A DNA stretch of 64,000 nt from Squalus acanthias (Eukaryota). Below are positions 37,816-50,266 of the stretch, in pieces (the stretch's first letter is position 1; each line of letters begins with the position of its first letter). Location of the stretch: NCBI GenBank assembly GCA_030390025.1, contig CM059431.1:44330001-44394000 (forward strand). Direction: 5' to 3'. The translations under genes and the position numbers were made by a program. Below the pieces are notes generated by a model. That model had not been told where the DNA came from. It saw only the letters and a program-made list of their open reading frames with translations, and did no database searches.

Positions 37816-38659
37816 CTGAACTAAAGACGAACAAACTTTTAAAGAAAAGTAATTTTTTTTTAAAGTTTCTTAAAAGTTTTAATTTTTATTAAAATGGATA
37901 AATTTGACACCACAAAATTAGCATTAGTTTTTCAGGGCCATAACCTTTGTTTAGCAGTCAATACGTTGTTAAAACCCCAGTTACACCTAATCCAAAAGGT
38001 TCTAATTTTTAATAGGGTATTTAACAGCGATATTACCACAGAAGAAACAAAGTTTTCATCAGTTTCCATGATTTGAGAGATTTCACTGATTGTCGGCTCT
38101 GTTGGGGTGGGATCCACAGCGCAGCCTGTGGAGGAGCAGTAAATGACTGACTGCAAGTTCAGGATTTCCGCGTTAGTCTGCGCACGCGCTAAATCCTGAA
38201 GCTGCGGTCAGTTTCAAAGGAGAAATGATGGCGAATGCTGCCAGTTTGCTGTCATCAGGAACCACAAGTTCCGGACCATCGAATCTCTGGTTACAATTGC
38301 TTTGCCAAGTTCAAACCAGAAAATATAGCAAACGTTTATTTTCTATTTTAAACTTCCAATTGCCACAACCTTCCCTTACCAAATCCATGCTGACTGTCCT
38401 TGATTAATCCGTGCCTTTCCACATGAGGATTAATACTGTCCCTCAGAATTTTTTCCAATAATTTGTCCACCACCGAGAATGTACAAGATGCAAAGCCTAT
38501 TTTTAGAGATGTGATTAGATGTGCGCATAAAACATATTAATGGTGCAGTTAACTATATTTTCATATCAATGCTATATGCCTTTGATGCAGACTCAAAATT
38601 GGCAGTATAACTTATGAGCATTCAAAAGTGAGAGTGGTGAGACCACTTTAATCAGTTAG

Positions 38660-39725
38660 GGACATAGGAACAGGAGTAGGCCATTCAGCCCATCTAGTCT
38701 GTTCCGCTATTCAGTTAGATCATAGCTGATCTGTATCTTAACTCCATCTACCCACCTTGGTTCCGTAACCCTTAATACTCTTGACTAACAAAAATCTAGC
38801 CTCAACAGCTTTTTGAGGGAGAGAGTTCCAGATTTCCACTACCCTTTGTGTGAAGAAGTGCTACCTGACATCACCCCTGAATGGGCTAGCTCTAATTTTA
38901 AGGTTATACCCCCTTGTTCCAGACTCCCCCACCAGAGGAAATAGTTTCTCTCCATCTACCCCATCAACTCCTTTAAGCATCTTAAACACCTCAATTACAT
39001 CACCCCTTAATCTTCTATACTCAGGGGAATACAAGCTTAGTCTATGCAATCTGTCCTCATAATTAAATCCTTTTAGCCCCGGTATCATTCTGGTGAATCT
39101 GTGCAGCACACCCTCCAAGGCTAATATATCCTTCCTGAGATGCGGTGCCCAGAACTCAATGCAGTACACTAAATGGGGTCTAAGCAGAGCTTTATATAAC
39201 TGGAACATAACTTCCACTGCTTTGTATTCCAGCCCCCTTGAGATAAAGGCCCACATTCCATTAGCCTTTTAAATTATCACTTTGTACCTGTCTATTAGCT
39301 TTTAGTGATTTCTGTGCTGAGTCAACTAAATCTCTCTGCTCCTCCATAGTTCTGAGCTTCTTGCCATTTAGAAAATATCCTGATCTATCTTTCTTAGGTC
39401 CAAAGTGGATGGCCTCACATGTCCCCACATTGAACTCCATCTGCCACAGTTTTGCCCACTCACTTAATCTATCAATGACCCTTTGCAACTTTCTGCTCCC
39501 ATCTACACTATTTACTGTGTCATCAGCAAACTTGGATATATGGCTCTCTATTCCTTCATCCAAGTGATTTATAAATATAGTAAAAGGTTGAGGCCCCTGG
39601 GGACACTACTAGTCACATCCTGCCAATTGGAGTACATACCTATTATCCCTACTCTCTATCTCCTACCTCCTAACCTATTCTCTACCCATGTCAATAGGAT
39701 GCCTCCAATTCCATGTGCTTTCATT
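38660..39725 (-). mobile_element. CR1 LINE 3' part
   Basis: ORFs 39261-39563 and 38861-39256 (KFADDT, RPHLVYCIEFW); tail at ~38660. Confidence 0.92.
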
Positions 39726-40218
39726 ATGTGAGGTTGCTGCACACTACTTTGAGTTCACATAACTTAAATAAGGCCACATTTTAAAAATGTCTAAGTGGAT
39801 CACTGGGCATAATAAATTAGAGATACTTATTAGAGACATAATAAAGTTATTTTTCAATCGTTTTAATGTCTCTGTAACAAAGATTTACTATTTTTCCCAT
39901 AGATAATGAGTTTTCTCTCTGTACTGCATTTCTTAGCTTAAAAATAGGTACTTTTATGAAAGTTTCCAACGTCAGAATTCATATTGGGAGAATGGTTTCT
40001 CTTCTTTTGCTTCTACATGAAGCATGTAAAAAAAAAGTCAATCAATATAGTTGATTATTAACAGACATATGTGTCTTGATAAACAGTCACCAAACATAAT
40101 TAAAAGGGCATCACTGGGCTATTAATCAACAACATAATGCAATCAAGAGAGTCCTAACAGAGAAAACATTTGTTAAACACAATGGACAGTTGGTGGAAGG
40201 ACTAAAATATTTTCTCAC

Positions 40219-40322
40219 TTTTCTCCCTCTTCAAGTTGCCCCACACCAAGCCTGCTTATGTGGACCTCCTTGGGTCAGATAGAGGTAAACTGGCAGAGGC
40301 CTTGGATCAGGTTCTCCACTGT
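40219..40322 (-). other. ELMOD1: Candidate non-coding 5' UTR exon of ELMOD1
   Basis: 104-bp unique GC-richer segment bounded by ttcctgttcag| and |gtgaga; stops in all three frames. Confidence 0.35.
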
Positions 40323-41671
40323 CTGAACAGGAAATGATTTGTGGCATTGGTAGACCAAAAACAGAAATGGAAAAAAACTTTTTAGGAAACAAAAATCTGT
40401 ACATACAAAATCTAACACTTCAGGAACTTGTATCATGTATCTCTTCAGTTAAATTTCAGTTGAGGATCTATCACTATCAATATTGTAACTTATTCCCAAA
40501 GTCATTGCTATGCTGTCACAGATCCCTGTTTAGTGACACGCGCATATCCTCCTGTTTATTAATTTTCTAAGATTTGCTATGCTTTTAGAAGCATTTTTAC
40601 AGGCTGAATGGAAAACTTCCAAGTTTGACTGTTAGAGCTGGTAATAATAGGGTTTTTAGATTTTAGTTTTAGAACTGATTTAAACAGCTATATCTGTAAT
40701 TCATTTGAAACAAAACTATCAAAGTACACGTTTAATTCATGAGCATACCAGTAAGCAACAGAAATCATGAGCTTCCAGAAGCAAACATGTAACTAACAAG
40801 ATGAAAGGCATCCTTTTGCCCAAGCTTATTGAGATGATCATAACATTAATATATATTGTTTTGGGGATTTGTGACCATTTTCCCACAGACTAGATTTGGG
40901 AATAATTTAGAGTTAAGTGCTGCGTTTTAGAATTAAAATGAGCTCACAAAGGTTTAAAGCCCTCCTTACGGCCATGTGCTATAGCTGCTGAGGCAAAGAG
41001 AGGATTGACATATGAATGAACCAGCTATCCTTACTGTTTACCACAATAACAGCAGATGATAAGAAATTTGTTATCCCATTACAGACCACCTGTAGGCCAT
41101 CTACTCAAGATGCTATTCTTGGGTACCCTGCAGGGAGAGGTCAGCTGAGAATATATTCATGAAAGGGAGGGAGGTAGCCGATTTGGTTGATAGGCCTAGT
41201 GATAAATCCCTGCATGGGAAAGATGTTGGAGGAAGACAAAGGACACAGGGATACAGGTCAGTCAGTCAGGATGGTCTGATAAGAGAAAGGCAAGAAAGAC
41301 CAAGGCAATTTATTGTAAGTCTTGTGCCAATCAAGCCCATGTCAGCCTTGGACTGTTTCAATGCTAGACTGAGCAAAGCAAATATTAGTCAGCCCACTAA
41401 CCCTGGACAAGACAGCATGGTTTATTATTTTGCTTATTATTGAGGAGGGGTTTAAAGCTAAATTAAATAACTGAGCTTTGATTATGACTGTGACTTTGTT
41501 TGTTTACTTGCTCCATTCACTAAAGTGTTTCTGCCTACTGAAAGATTGAAGTACACATTAAGGCACTTATGAAAGACACAATATCCAGTTCAGATCATAT
41601 TTGTATGCCCCTGGTTATGTCATGTCATATGATTAGATATTAGGCAGTATGGGCAGACCTCTAGACTCAAA

Positions 41672-41932
41672 GGGGGGAATTTTCCCAGCCCTGAGGAGGC
41701 GAGTTTGGAGGCGGGACTGCCGGGAAAATGGCAGAAACTGGGAGCGGGTACCAACCCGCCTCCGTGCCAAAAATTGAGACAGATGAAGCGTCATACGCTG
41801 CCGCAGGACGGGCTTAACAATGCCAATCAAGGGAAAATAGCTTGGGTTCGTCAGACGTCGCTGGGGGCGGGACTAGAACCCGGAAGGCAGCAGTCCCACC
41901 CCCAACTCGTCTCGGCTGGCAAAATCCAGCCC
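41672..41932. mobile_element. Harbinger-type MITE (short derivative of 51646-52409)
   Basis: Termini GGGGGGAATTTTCCC / GGCAAAATCCAGCCC; AAA 3-bp TSD. Confidence 0.8.
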
Positions 41933-42249
41933 AAAGAGACTGCTCACAGGAGTGACCAGCACTGTTGAACTTACTGAAAGTACTCATGTATTGAAGTTGA
42001 GTGAGGACAGAATTGGGCTCAGTTGTGATGCCTCCATAGTTAAATAGCCTACAGACACACTCTCTTGGCTAACTTGGTTGAGGTACTGGAGAGCACTTGG
42101 TGCTCTTGGGGCCATATCCCAGCAAGGAAACATCATCTTCAGGACAGGAGAGGAGGGTGGTGAAGGAAGAAAATTAGGGAAGAAAACAAAAGCTCAGAGC
42201 TTCTTTACCCAAACAACTTGTATACTAAAATATTTATATAGAAAACAGT

Positions 42250-43971
42250 AGGCTGAAGCATTTGCAACCATCTTCAGCCAGAAGTGCCGAATGGATGATC
42301 CATATCGACCTCCTCCTGAGGTCCCCACCATCACAGAAGCCAGTCTTCAGCCAATTCGATTCACTCCACATGATATCAAGAAACAGATGAGCGCACTGGA
42401 TACAGCAAAGGCTGTGGGCCCTGACAACATCCCGACTGTTGTGCTGAAGACTTGTGCTCCAGAACTAGCCGCGCCTCTAGCCAAGCTGTTCCAGTACAGC
42501 TACAACACTGGCATCTACCTGATAATGTGGAAAACTGCCCAGATAGGTCCTGTCCACAAAAAGCAGGACAAATCCAATCTGGCCAATTACCGCCCCATCA
42601 GTCTACTCTCAATCATCAGCAATGTGATGGAAGGTGTCGTCGACAATGCTATCAAGCAGCACTTACTCACAAATAACCTGCTCACCGATGCTCAGTTTGG
42701 GTTCCGCCAGGACAACTCGGCTCCAGACCTCATTACAGCCTTGGTTCAAACAAGGACAAAAGAGTGGACAGGACCTATCTGGGTGAGGTGACAGTGACTG
42801 CCCTTGACATCAAGTCAGCATTTGACCGAGTGTGGCATCAAGGAGCTCTAGTAAAATTGAAGTCAATGGGAATCGGGGGGAAAAGTCTCCACTGGCTGGA
42901 GTCATACCTAGCACAAAGGAAGATGGTTGTGGTGGTTGGCAGTCAATCATCACAGCCCCAGGACATTGCTGCAGGAGTTCCTCAGGGCAGTGTCCTAGGC
43001 CTAACCATCTTCAGCTGCTTCATCAATGACCTTCCCTCTATCATAAGGTCAGAAGTGGGGATGTTTGCTGATGATTGCACAGTGTTCTGTTCCATTTGCA
43101 ACTCCTCAGAAAATGAAGCAGTCCATGCCCGCATGCAGCAAGACCTGGACGACATTCAGGCTTGGGCTGATGTGTGGCGTGAAAGTTACTTGCCACTTAA
43201 GTGCCAGGCAATGACTATCTCCAACAAGAGAGAGTCTAACTACCGCCCCTTGACATTGAATGCCATTACCATCGCCGAATCCCCCACCATCAACATCTTG
43301 GGGGTTACCGTTGACCAGAAACTTAACTGGACCAACCACATAAATACTGTGGCAACAAGAGCAGATCAGAGGCTGGGTATTCTGTGGCGAGTGTCTGACC
43401 TCCTGACTCCCCAAAGCCTTTCCACCATCTACAAGCTACAAGTCAGGAGTGTGATGGAATACTCTCCACTTGCCTGGATGATTGCAACTCCAACAACACT
43501 CAAGAAGCTCGACACCATCCAGGACAAAGCAGCTCGCTTGATCGGCACCCCATCCACCACCTTAAACATTCACTCCCTCCACCACCAGCGCACCATGGCT
43601 GCAGTGTGCACCATCTACAAAATGCACTGCAGCAACTCGCCAAGGCTTCTTCAGCAGTACCTTCCAAACCCACGACCTCTACCACCTAGAAGGACAAGGG
43701 CAGCAGGCGCATGGGAACACCATCACATGCAAGATCCCCTCCAAGTTACACACCATCCTGACTTGGAAATATCTCACTGTTCCTTCATCATCGCTGAGTC
43801 AAAATCCTGGAACTCCCTCCCTAACAGCACTGTGAGACTACCTTCACCACAAGGACTGCAGCAGTTCATGAAGGCGGCTCACCACCACCTTCTCAAGGGC
43901 AATTGGGGATGGGCAATAAATGCTGGCTTTGCCAGCGCTGCCCACATCCTGGAACTAATAAATTAAAAAAA
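42250..43971 (+). mobile_element. Non-LTR retrotransposon RT plus 3' end, same family as 33319-36012
   Basis: ORFs 42291-42791 and 42764-43966 are near-identical to 34373-35990; A-rich tail. Confidence 0.92.
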
Positions 43972-45304
43972 ATTATTCACTATTTTCTATTTATTACAAA
44001 GATAATTCAGACTATATTAATACAGAAAATGTATAAAGCACAGTATAAAGTATATCAATAAGCCAAACAATCGTGTTTTAGCAGTTCCCATTAAATGTAA
44101 AAATCTACAGTTGGTGCTGGTATAACGACTACACTATCAGTTACTATTAACAGCAATAATTCACCTTTTCAGTGTAAATTCAATCAGTCTTCACAAATAA
44201 GTCTTATTTTTTACATACTGCACAGATTATTCATACTTGCATCACTAACCACTCATTTCTGTAACATACTGCAGTATAAGCCAATAGTGGATTAGTGTCA
44301 TCGCACCTTTACTGGTTCACTTTTTTTAAACTCAGATTTTCAATTAAACACCAACACAGAAATGTGTGATGTGAAGATGTTTTCAACTAAGTTTAAAAAA
44401 AAGCACCAGAATGTAAAGCTGATGAAGTCATATAAGATTTGAGAAGTGTATTTTTAAGTCTGGAAGTAACTTTCTCTTCAGTAAGTCATGAGATGTCACT
44501 GCTCAGGAACAGAACATATTTCCACCTTTGTTCTGTTGGCCACAAGCAGTCCCGTCTTGCTAGAGCAAGGATTAGATGCAGGGCAAATCTTCATGTAACA
44601 ATCAGTTTTAACTCCACCTCTAAAGAGGATTCCCTATTATACCAATATGACATTGCCGTTTGTGACACTAGCCATCCTGTGGCCTCTGAGTGAGTCTAAT
44701 TCATGGGCAGTTTTGGCTATGAACTCACACCTAATGGAACTAGATTAAGACTACCCAAATTAGAACTTGATACATTTCAGGGAAAAGAATTTCACCATAT
44801 CAGTGCAGGATGGATTTGAACCGAAATTTCAAAAGCAATGGTACTATGTCTTAACCCCCTGCACTACCCAAGTCCTTTTCACATGTATTACTGTAAGTGA
44901 TTGGCAGGGTTTCTGATTGAGTTGCCACAATTCCATAAATGATAAAAACACACAGGCGGGCATTTAATTGTTTGCAAATAGCCAATCAGAAAATGTGCCA
45001 ATAAACATGCACACTAAATTAAATAATCCCTCAATCTCTCACAACACCTGGTTGATCATAATTATGGTATTATTCTCTGTCCTGTACATCTGGTAGAAAC
45101 CATTTACATTCATGCAGCTGATTATAATAAAAACTGTAAAGAAGTAACGAGCAGGACTGTCACTGATTTTCCAATAGGAAGTCATTAATCTGATTTATTT
45201 TTGACAAGGAATAAGTCTGGAGAACTAATCAATTTGATTACTGTATCATTATTCACATTCTGCTCTAAGGTAATTTCATATAAACAGCACCCCATAAGAA
45301 GTTA

Positions 45305-45695
45305 GGGTACATCACTCCGCCTCTGAGTCAGAAGGTTGTGGATTCAAGTACCACTCCAGAGACTTAAGCTCATATCCAGCTGACACCTCAGTGTAGTACT
45401 GAGGGAGTGCTGTACTGTCGGAGGTATTGTTTTTCGGATAAGACAATAAATTGAGGTCCCATCTACTTTCTCGGGTGGACGTAAAAGATCCAATGGCACT
45501 ATTTGGGGAAAGAGCTAGGGAGTTCTCCCGATGTCCTAGCTAATATTTATCCCTCAACCTACATCACTAAAGAACATATTATCTGGTCATTATCTCATTG
45601 CTGTTTGTGGGACTTTGCTGTGTGCAAATTGGCTGTGCTGTAAAGCGCGTTGGGACACCCTGAGAAGGCACTATATAAATGCAAGTTCCTTCTTT
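45305..45695 (+). mobile_element. tRNA-derived DeuSINE (SacSINE1-like)
   Basis: B-box-like GGATTCAAGT, a Deu-domain-like AAAGATCCAATGGCACT..GATGTCCTAGC segment, and the L2-type tail GGCACTATATAAATGCAAGT. Confidence 0.75.
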
Positions 45696-46081
45696 CTATT
45701 TACAACATTAAAAAAAATCCTTTAAAGGGCTAATTAGCATGGTTGCTAATAGAGATGCCAACCTGTGATACAGTTAAATATACCTTCAAAATAATGAGAA
45801 GTCGTTTGAGTTGCACTTCTAGCCCTAGGATTGTGGAATGGGGGTGGGCGGGACAAGTTCCTACCAGCTTTCAAAATGAGCACTTTTTGCTCCCCCACTT
45901 TTTTCTGATAACACATTATATACAATGACACAGAACCCATATCGCTCATGTCACTGCAGCTCCACTGGAGGTAGGCTTAAGTCTTGGTTAAAGGTGGACT
46001 AGATCGGTATATATCTGAAATGAAAACAACAGTATTCTGCTGGGATAAGGGTGCAGCATATCCATTTAAAATGTTTATATT

Positions 46082-46797
46082 GACATGGAATTTGTGGTCA
46101 GCGGCGAAGCGACGGCGATCGCCGCTGACCTTGAAGAAAGCTACCCACAAAGATCTTCCGATCTCCATGGCGGAAACTTTAGCTTACTCGATCTTAAGCG
46201 CTGTCAAAAAGGGATCTCTGGCGTACAGCAGCAGTGATGTCATCAAGCTGTCTAAGCAGCTAATCATATTGACGAATTCTCACAGACAGCAAACCAGGAA
46301 ATAAAAGGCAGATTTTAATCATTCACTTTTAAATTGTTTTACAGAGAACGAAATAAAGATTGGGACATACACACGGGTTAAAGTAGAAACTGAAATAGCA
46401 TAAATAAACTTAAAAAAATATTTTAAAAATCTAGTCATTTTTAATCATAATGGAGAAATTTGACATTCCACAAATATAAAATTAATTTTCAGGCCCAGAA
46501 CGGTTGCTCAGCAGTCAATACGCGGGTAAAACCCCAGTTACCCCTCTTTCAACAAGGCTTAACTTTTTATGGGGTGTTTAAGAGCGACATTAGAGCGGAA
46601 AAGGGGACGTTTTCGTTAGTTCAAGTGATTTCACTGATTGCCGGCCTGTGGCGGAGCAGGAAATGACTGACCGCAACTTCAGGATTTCCGCGTTTATCTG
46701 CGCATATGCTAAATCCTAAAGTTATGGTCAGTTTCAGAGGGGTAATGATGGTGAACGCTGACAGTTTTGCCGTCATTACCACTTCAAAATCCGGGCC
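46082..46797. mobile_element. Harbinger-type MITE
   Basis: Diverged TIR GACATGGAATTTG / CAAAATCCGGGCC; colinear with the split copy at 33265-38277. Confidence 0.7.
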
Positions 46798-47398
46798 AGT
46801 ATATCATTCATAAGTGTATCAACAGAAATCACTTTGAGCCTGCATTCTGGTCGTTTAGACAATTTGATAATTTTAGACTTAGACACTGCCTTAAACTAGC
46901 ATGCATATTACATCGAATAAACACCTCTATATACGAAGCGAGAGTGGCTAAATCTGACAACAATGAAATACATTCAGATAGATGAATGAACAGTTTGCAT
47001 GGTTTATCCATCGGTAACCACTTCATTCATCTTGAATGAGAAAATACCCGTATTACAGATTCCGTGTTGTTTCTGGCGCGTTACATAACGTTTATAGAAA
47101 GAAAGGTATGATCAAAATGTGTTAAGGTTTTCCGAAAAGATGTCACAAAATTAAATTGCTCTTTAGAAAAAAATTCTTATGTAACCTCTTTTAAGAACAA
47201 TCTAATCACGTGTCTAGGCTAAAATTGTAAAGGCACAATTTCCGTTGATGCGCTTTATAAAGGTTAGGGCTTTTGGTCAACACAATTAATTCCAATAAAA
47301 TAAACAAGGACGCTAAATGGGGATTTAAAAAAAACATGTCGACACTCCGTAGACTCACTGCGGATCACAGTGATGTGGTTATTTTCTTGTCCATGTAT

Positions 47399-47446
47399 GT
47401 GATGCTATCTGGTACTATGAGGGTGATGCTATCTGGTACTATGAGG
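47399..47446. repeat. Perfect 24-bp tandem duplication
   Basis: GTGATGCTATCTGGTACTATGAGG x2. Confidence 0.95.
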
Positions 47447-47749
47447 ATGCAGCCTGCCTCCATTTGCTGCAGCTCCCTGAGCTGTCATGTTGCTGAGAGG
47501 GAAGGGCACGTAGCGCTGGCGGCTGGCCGCAGCATCGCACTGCAGTCAGGGCCAGGGACTGGCAGGGATGGGGAACACGCTTCGCATTTAATAACATGCC
47601 CATTAAATAAGTGCAATCAATCCTCGAGTCTCTTCTCTCCCCGAAAGATGGAAGTGATGGATTTCCACCCTCACACACACACAAAACGGCAAAGAGCATC
47701 ACCCACCGCGCCGATCTGATCTGATCTGTACATTATCGGGGATGTTCAA

Positions 47750-48470
47750 AACCCGAGAGCCGCACCTCGGGGCTTGGTTTCCACAATTTGTTTATTTATT
47801 TACTGTCCGGCTTTGGGGAAATAAATAATCGGCCGACCCTCATTTGTCTGTGGGTTTCTAGGGCAACCGCTATATATTAAATGTTTTACTAGTAAACCAT
47901 TAGATTTTGCTGGTCCACGGCTTATCGGCGAGATGGAAACATCGGCGCACCGACACGACCCGGACTCGTTCAGAAATCGGCGGCGCCCATCCAATGGAGC
48001 CGGTTTGCAGCTCGGCACCTGCCCTCAGCATCCATTTCAAACCACCGGAGGATGTCACTGTTCCTTTCTAAATGAGATATATTGCGCCTATTGGTTTGAT
48101 TTGATTTTCCCCTTCGCTGTAATTCAAAGCTGCTCACTCACCTGGCCTGGGGGCCGGGCTCGGGATGGGATGGGAAACGGGGCCGGGCTCGGGACCACTT
48201 CAGTCTCCCGCTGACGCTGTTACCATGGCAGAAGCTGCGGCGGAAGTACAGGCAAACGGTACCGGAAATACACACACGCACGGTGCATCTGGAAGCATCC
48301 ACTGGGTAAAGTCCGGGGCCTGAAAACCTCTCCACAGATCCAGTGAGGGGGGGAAAATCCCGCATTCGATGAAACCCTCGCTCCGGCAAAGCTAACGCCC
48401 GGGCAGCGCTGCAGTTAGTTGGCGCGCGGGCGGGTCGTAGTTAGCGCCGGACAAACATGGCGGCCCCCAG
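47750..48470. promoter_or_regulatory. CpG-rich bidirectional promoter ELMOD1/ALKBH8
   Basis: High CpG density; ETS-type GCGGAAGT (~48240) and ACCGGAAA (48261); CCAAT/ATTGG (47991, 48090); X-box-like motifs; YY1-type AACATGGCGGC over the ALKBH8 ATG; minus-strand GTGAGT donors next to 48142 and 47359. Confidence 0.7.
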
Positions 48471-48585
48471 CTGCAGAAACGTGAAATTGTCCAAAGAGCA
48501 AAAAAAATTACTGAGAAAACAAGTAAAAGCGCAGCACATCCTCCTGAAACACGACGGCATCGCAACCGTGTCTGGACCGACCAAA
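48457..48585 (+). CDS. ALKBH8: ALKBH8 (tRNA wobble-uridine methyltransferase/dioxygenase) first coding exon
   Basis: [43 protein letters not shown]|gtaagt; similar to human [26 protein letters not shown]. Confidence 0.93.
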
Positions 48586-48892
48586 GTAAGTTCGTTTCTC
48601 TTGTGTAATAGTTTGTCATCGGGTCCAATGTGATTTCTCCAATCTGCCGAAAACAGTTTCTGTACAAGAGTTGTCAGTACTGGAAAAATGTTAGGGATAG
48701 GATTAGGATTAGGATCAACATGATCGCAAACTTGTGTCCCTCCTCCCCCCCCCATCCCCATCCCCATCATTTTAACAGGTTCTGAATCCAAATTATTAAT
48801 ATGGGTTAGGAATAGTAGGAGATCTAGCATCAATCTGTCCTTCCCCCTCTTCGACATCACTCCCCAACAAGCATCTGCTGTTTTATTCCTTT

Positions 48893-49032
48893 GGCATGCA
48901 TTGTTCTCGATCTATATATGCTTTGACGATTCTGTATCTCCTCACTTCACCTGACGAAGGAGTTGTAACTCCGAAAGCTTGTGATTTAAAATAAAACTGT
49001 TGGACTATAACCTGGTGTTGTGTGACCTCTCA
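48893..49032 (+). mobile_element. Penelope-like terminal fragment with hammerhead motif (48947-48984)
   Basis: TCAC-CTGACGA-A-GGAGTT(GT)AACTCC-GAAA-GCTT-GTGA; flanking sequence homologous to the reverse complement of 37416-37555. Confidence 0.75.
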
Positions 49033-49219
49033 ATCTTTATCTATACTCAGGCTTTACCTTGAATTCCCACTACTGTCAGTTTCAGTAGCAATCTTTTAAC
49101 TATGACCCGTCCATTATCCCTGTTTCTCTTCTTCATTAACTTGTGGTGTCTCGTTTGAGTCCAGCACTACCCACGCCACTTAATTCTTCATCTACCTGAC
49201 CTATGTTGACTCATTTATT

Positions 49220-49720
49220 GGCCCTGAATTTGCAGTCAGAGGCATACCTCCGGAGTGCGCCTCCGACCCGCGAAAGATCTACGAACTTGCCTCCTGGCTC
49301 CAAAGCTACGGAGAGTGCGGGTCCTGAGCCGCGTATGCCCGCATAAGGGCCCAGGGACACAGGCGGTTTGGAAGCGTCCAATGAGAAAGGAGGATTCCAT
49401 TTACGAACGGAATCCCCAAATAATTAAACAATTTAGACAACTGTAATAAAAATAAATTTCTGATTTTCAAATTGAATTAAAAGTCCCTTCATTACAACAA
49501 ATACAGTAAAAATGTAACTTTTTTTGAAAAATAATTTTAAACATTTTAATCTGGTCCAATATTTGTATAAAATAATTTTAAGTGCATCATTTTTTATTTT
49601 AAAATTTTTAATTTAAGATTTATAATAACCCTTACACTGGTGAAAGCAGGCCCTTTGCCTGCTTCCAGCAGCCGGAAGAGTTTCGTGGGCAGTTGCTGGG
49701 TAGTAGTTGGGCAAATAGCC
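49220..49720. mobile_element. Truncated Harbinger-type MITE (family of 25440-26122)
   Basis: Starts ATT-GGCCCTGAATTTGC; shares the AT-rich core and GGTGAAAGCAGGCC..GGGCAAATAGC blocks. Confidence 0.6.
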
Positions 49721-50025
49721 CATTTCTACATTACAATCTGTGGTAGATTCTAATGACCTAGATTACTTGAAACTTTTAGCAGAATAGCATAATTTAAGAC
49801 ATTTGACTCCTATAGCCATATAGTTGAAACTTGGAAAAAGTTTATCTTTATTAATATTCATAGTGATCTTATCAGAGACCATTTAATTTGGTCTCTTTTT
49901 GTTTTTTAACTTGCTGGTTTTATAAAGCACACTTAATGCCAGAAGAAACTTTATATCAGCCTATTTTTAATGGTTAATAAAATAATTTCTGGTATAATAT
50001 GCCACATTGTTTTTGTTTTTATTAG

Positions 50026-50266
50026 CACTTGGTTGTAGCCAATGGTGGTCTGGGTAATGGTGTCAGCCGACAGCAGCTGGTGAAAGTGTTACAGCAGTTT
50101 GGAACAGTTGAAACCCTTCTGATGCTTCCTAATAAACCACATGCTTTTGCGACGTATGGTACAATTCAAGAAGCCAGGGAGGCATACAATGCTCTTAATG
50201 GACGAGACCTAAAGACTGATGGAAATACTCAACCTATCACTTTATATCTGAACTTTGTGGAGGAAG
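50026..50266 (+). CDS. ALKBH8: ALKBH8 exon (RRM domain)
   Basis: HLVVANGGLGNGVSRQQL..LMLPNKPHAF..ITLYLNFVEE; AG/GT boundaries. Confidence 0.97.

Larger units (their letters stand above)
33265..38277. mobile_element. Harbinger-type MITE (family of 46082-46797) split by LINE insertions
   Basis: Pieces 33265-33318, 36013-36310 and 37815-38277 align in order with 46082-46797; flanks ATT/ATC. Confidence 0.7.

Noticed and set aside
42764-43966. 400-aa ORF as an intact RT gene
   Set aside because: 5'-truncated, frameshifted LINE copy lacking the endonuclease; the C-terminus reads into 3' sequence.
45305-45365. tRNA gene
   Set aside because: Only a degenerate tRNA-like SINE head without a full cloverleaf.
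47273-47719. 148-aa ORF upstream of the promoter
   Set aside because: Non-ATG start, low complexity from the 24-bp duplication, no recognisable domain; more likely antisense to an ELMOD1 5' region.
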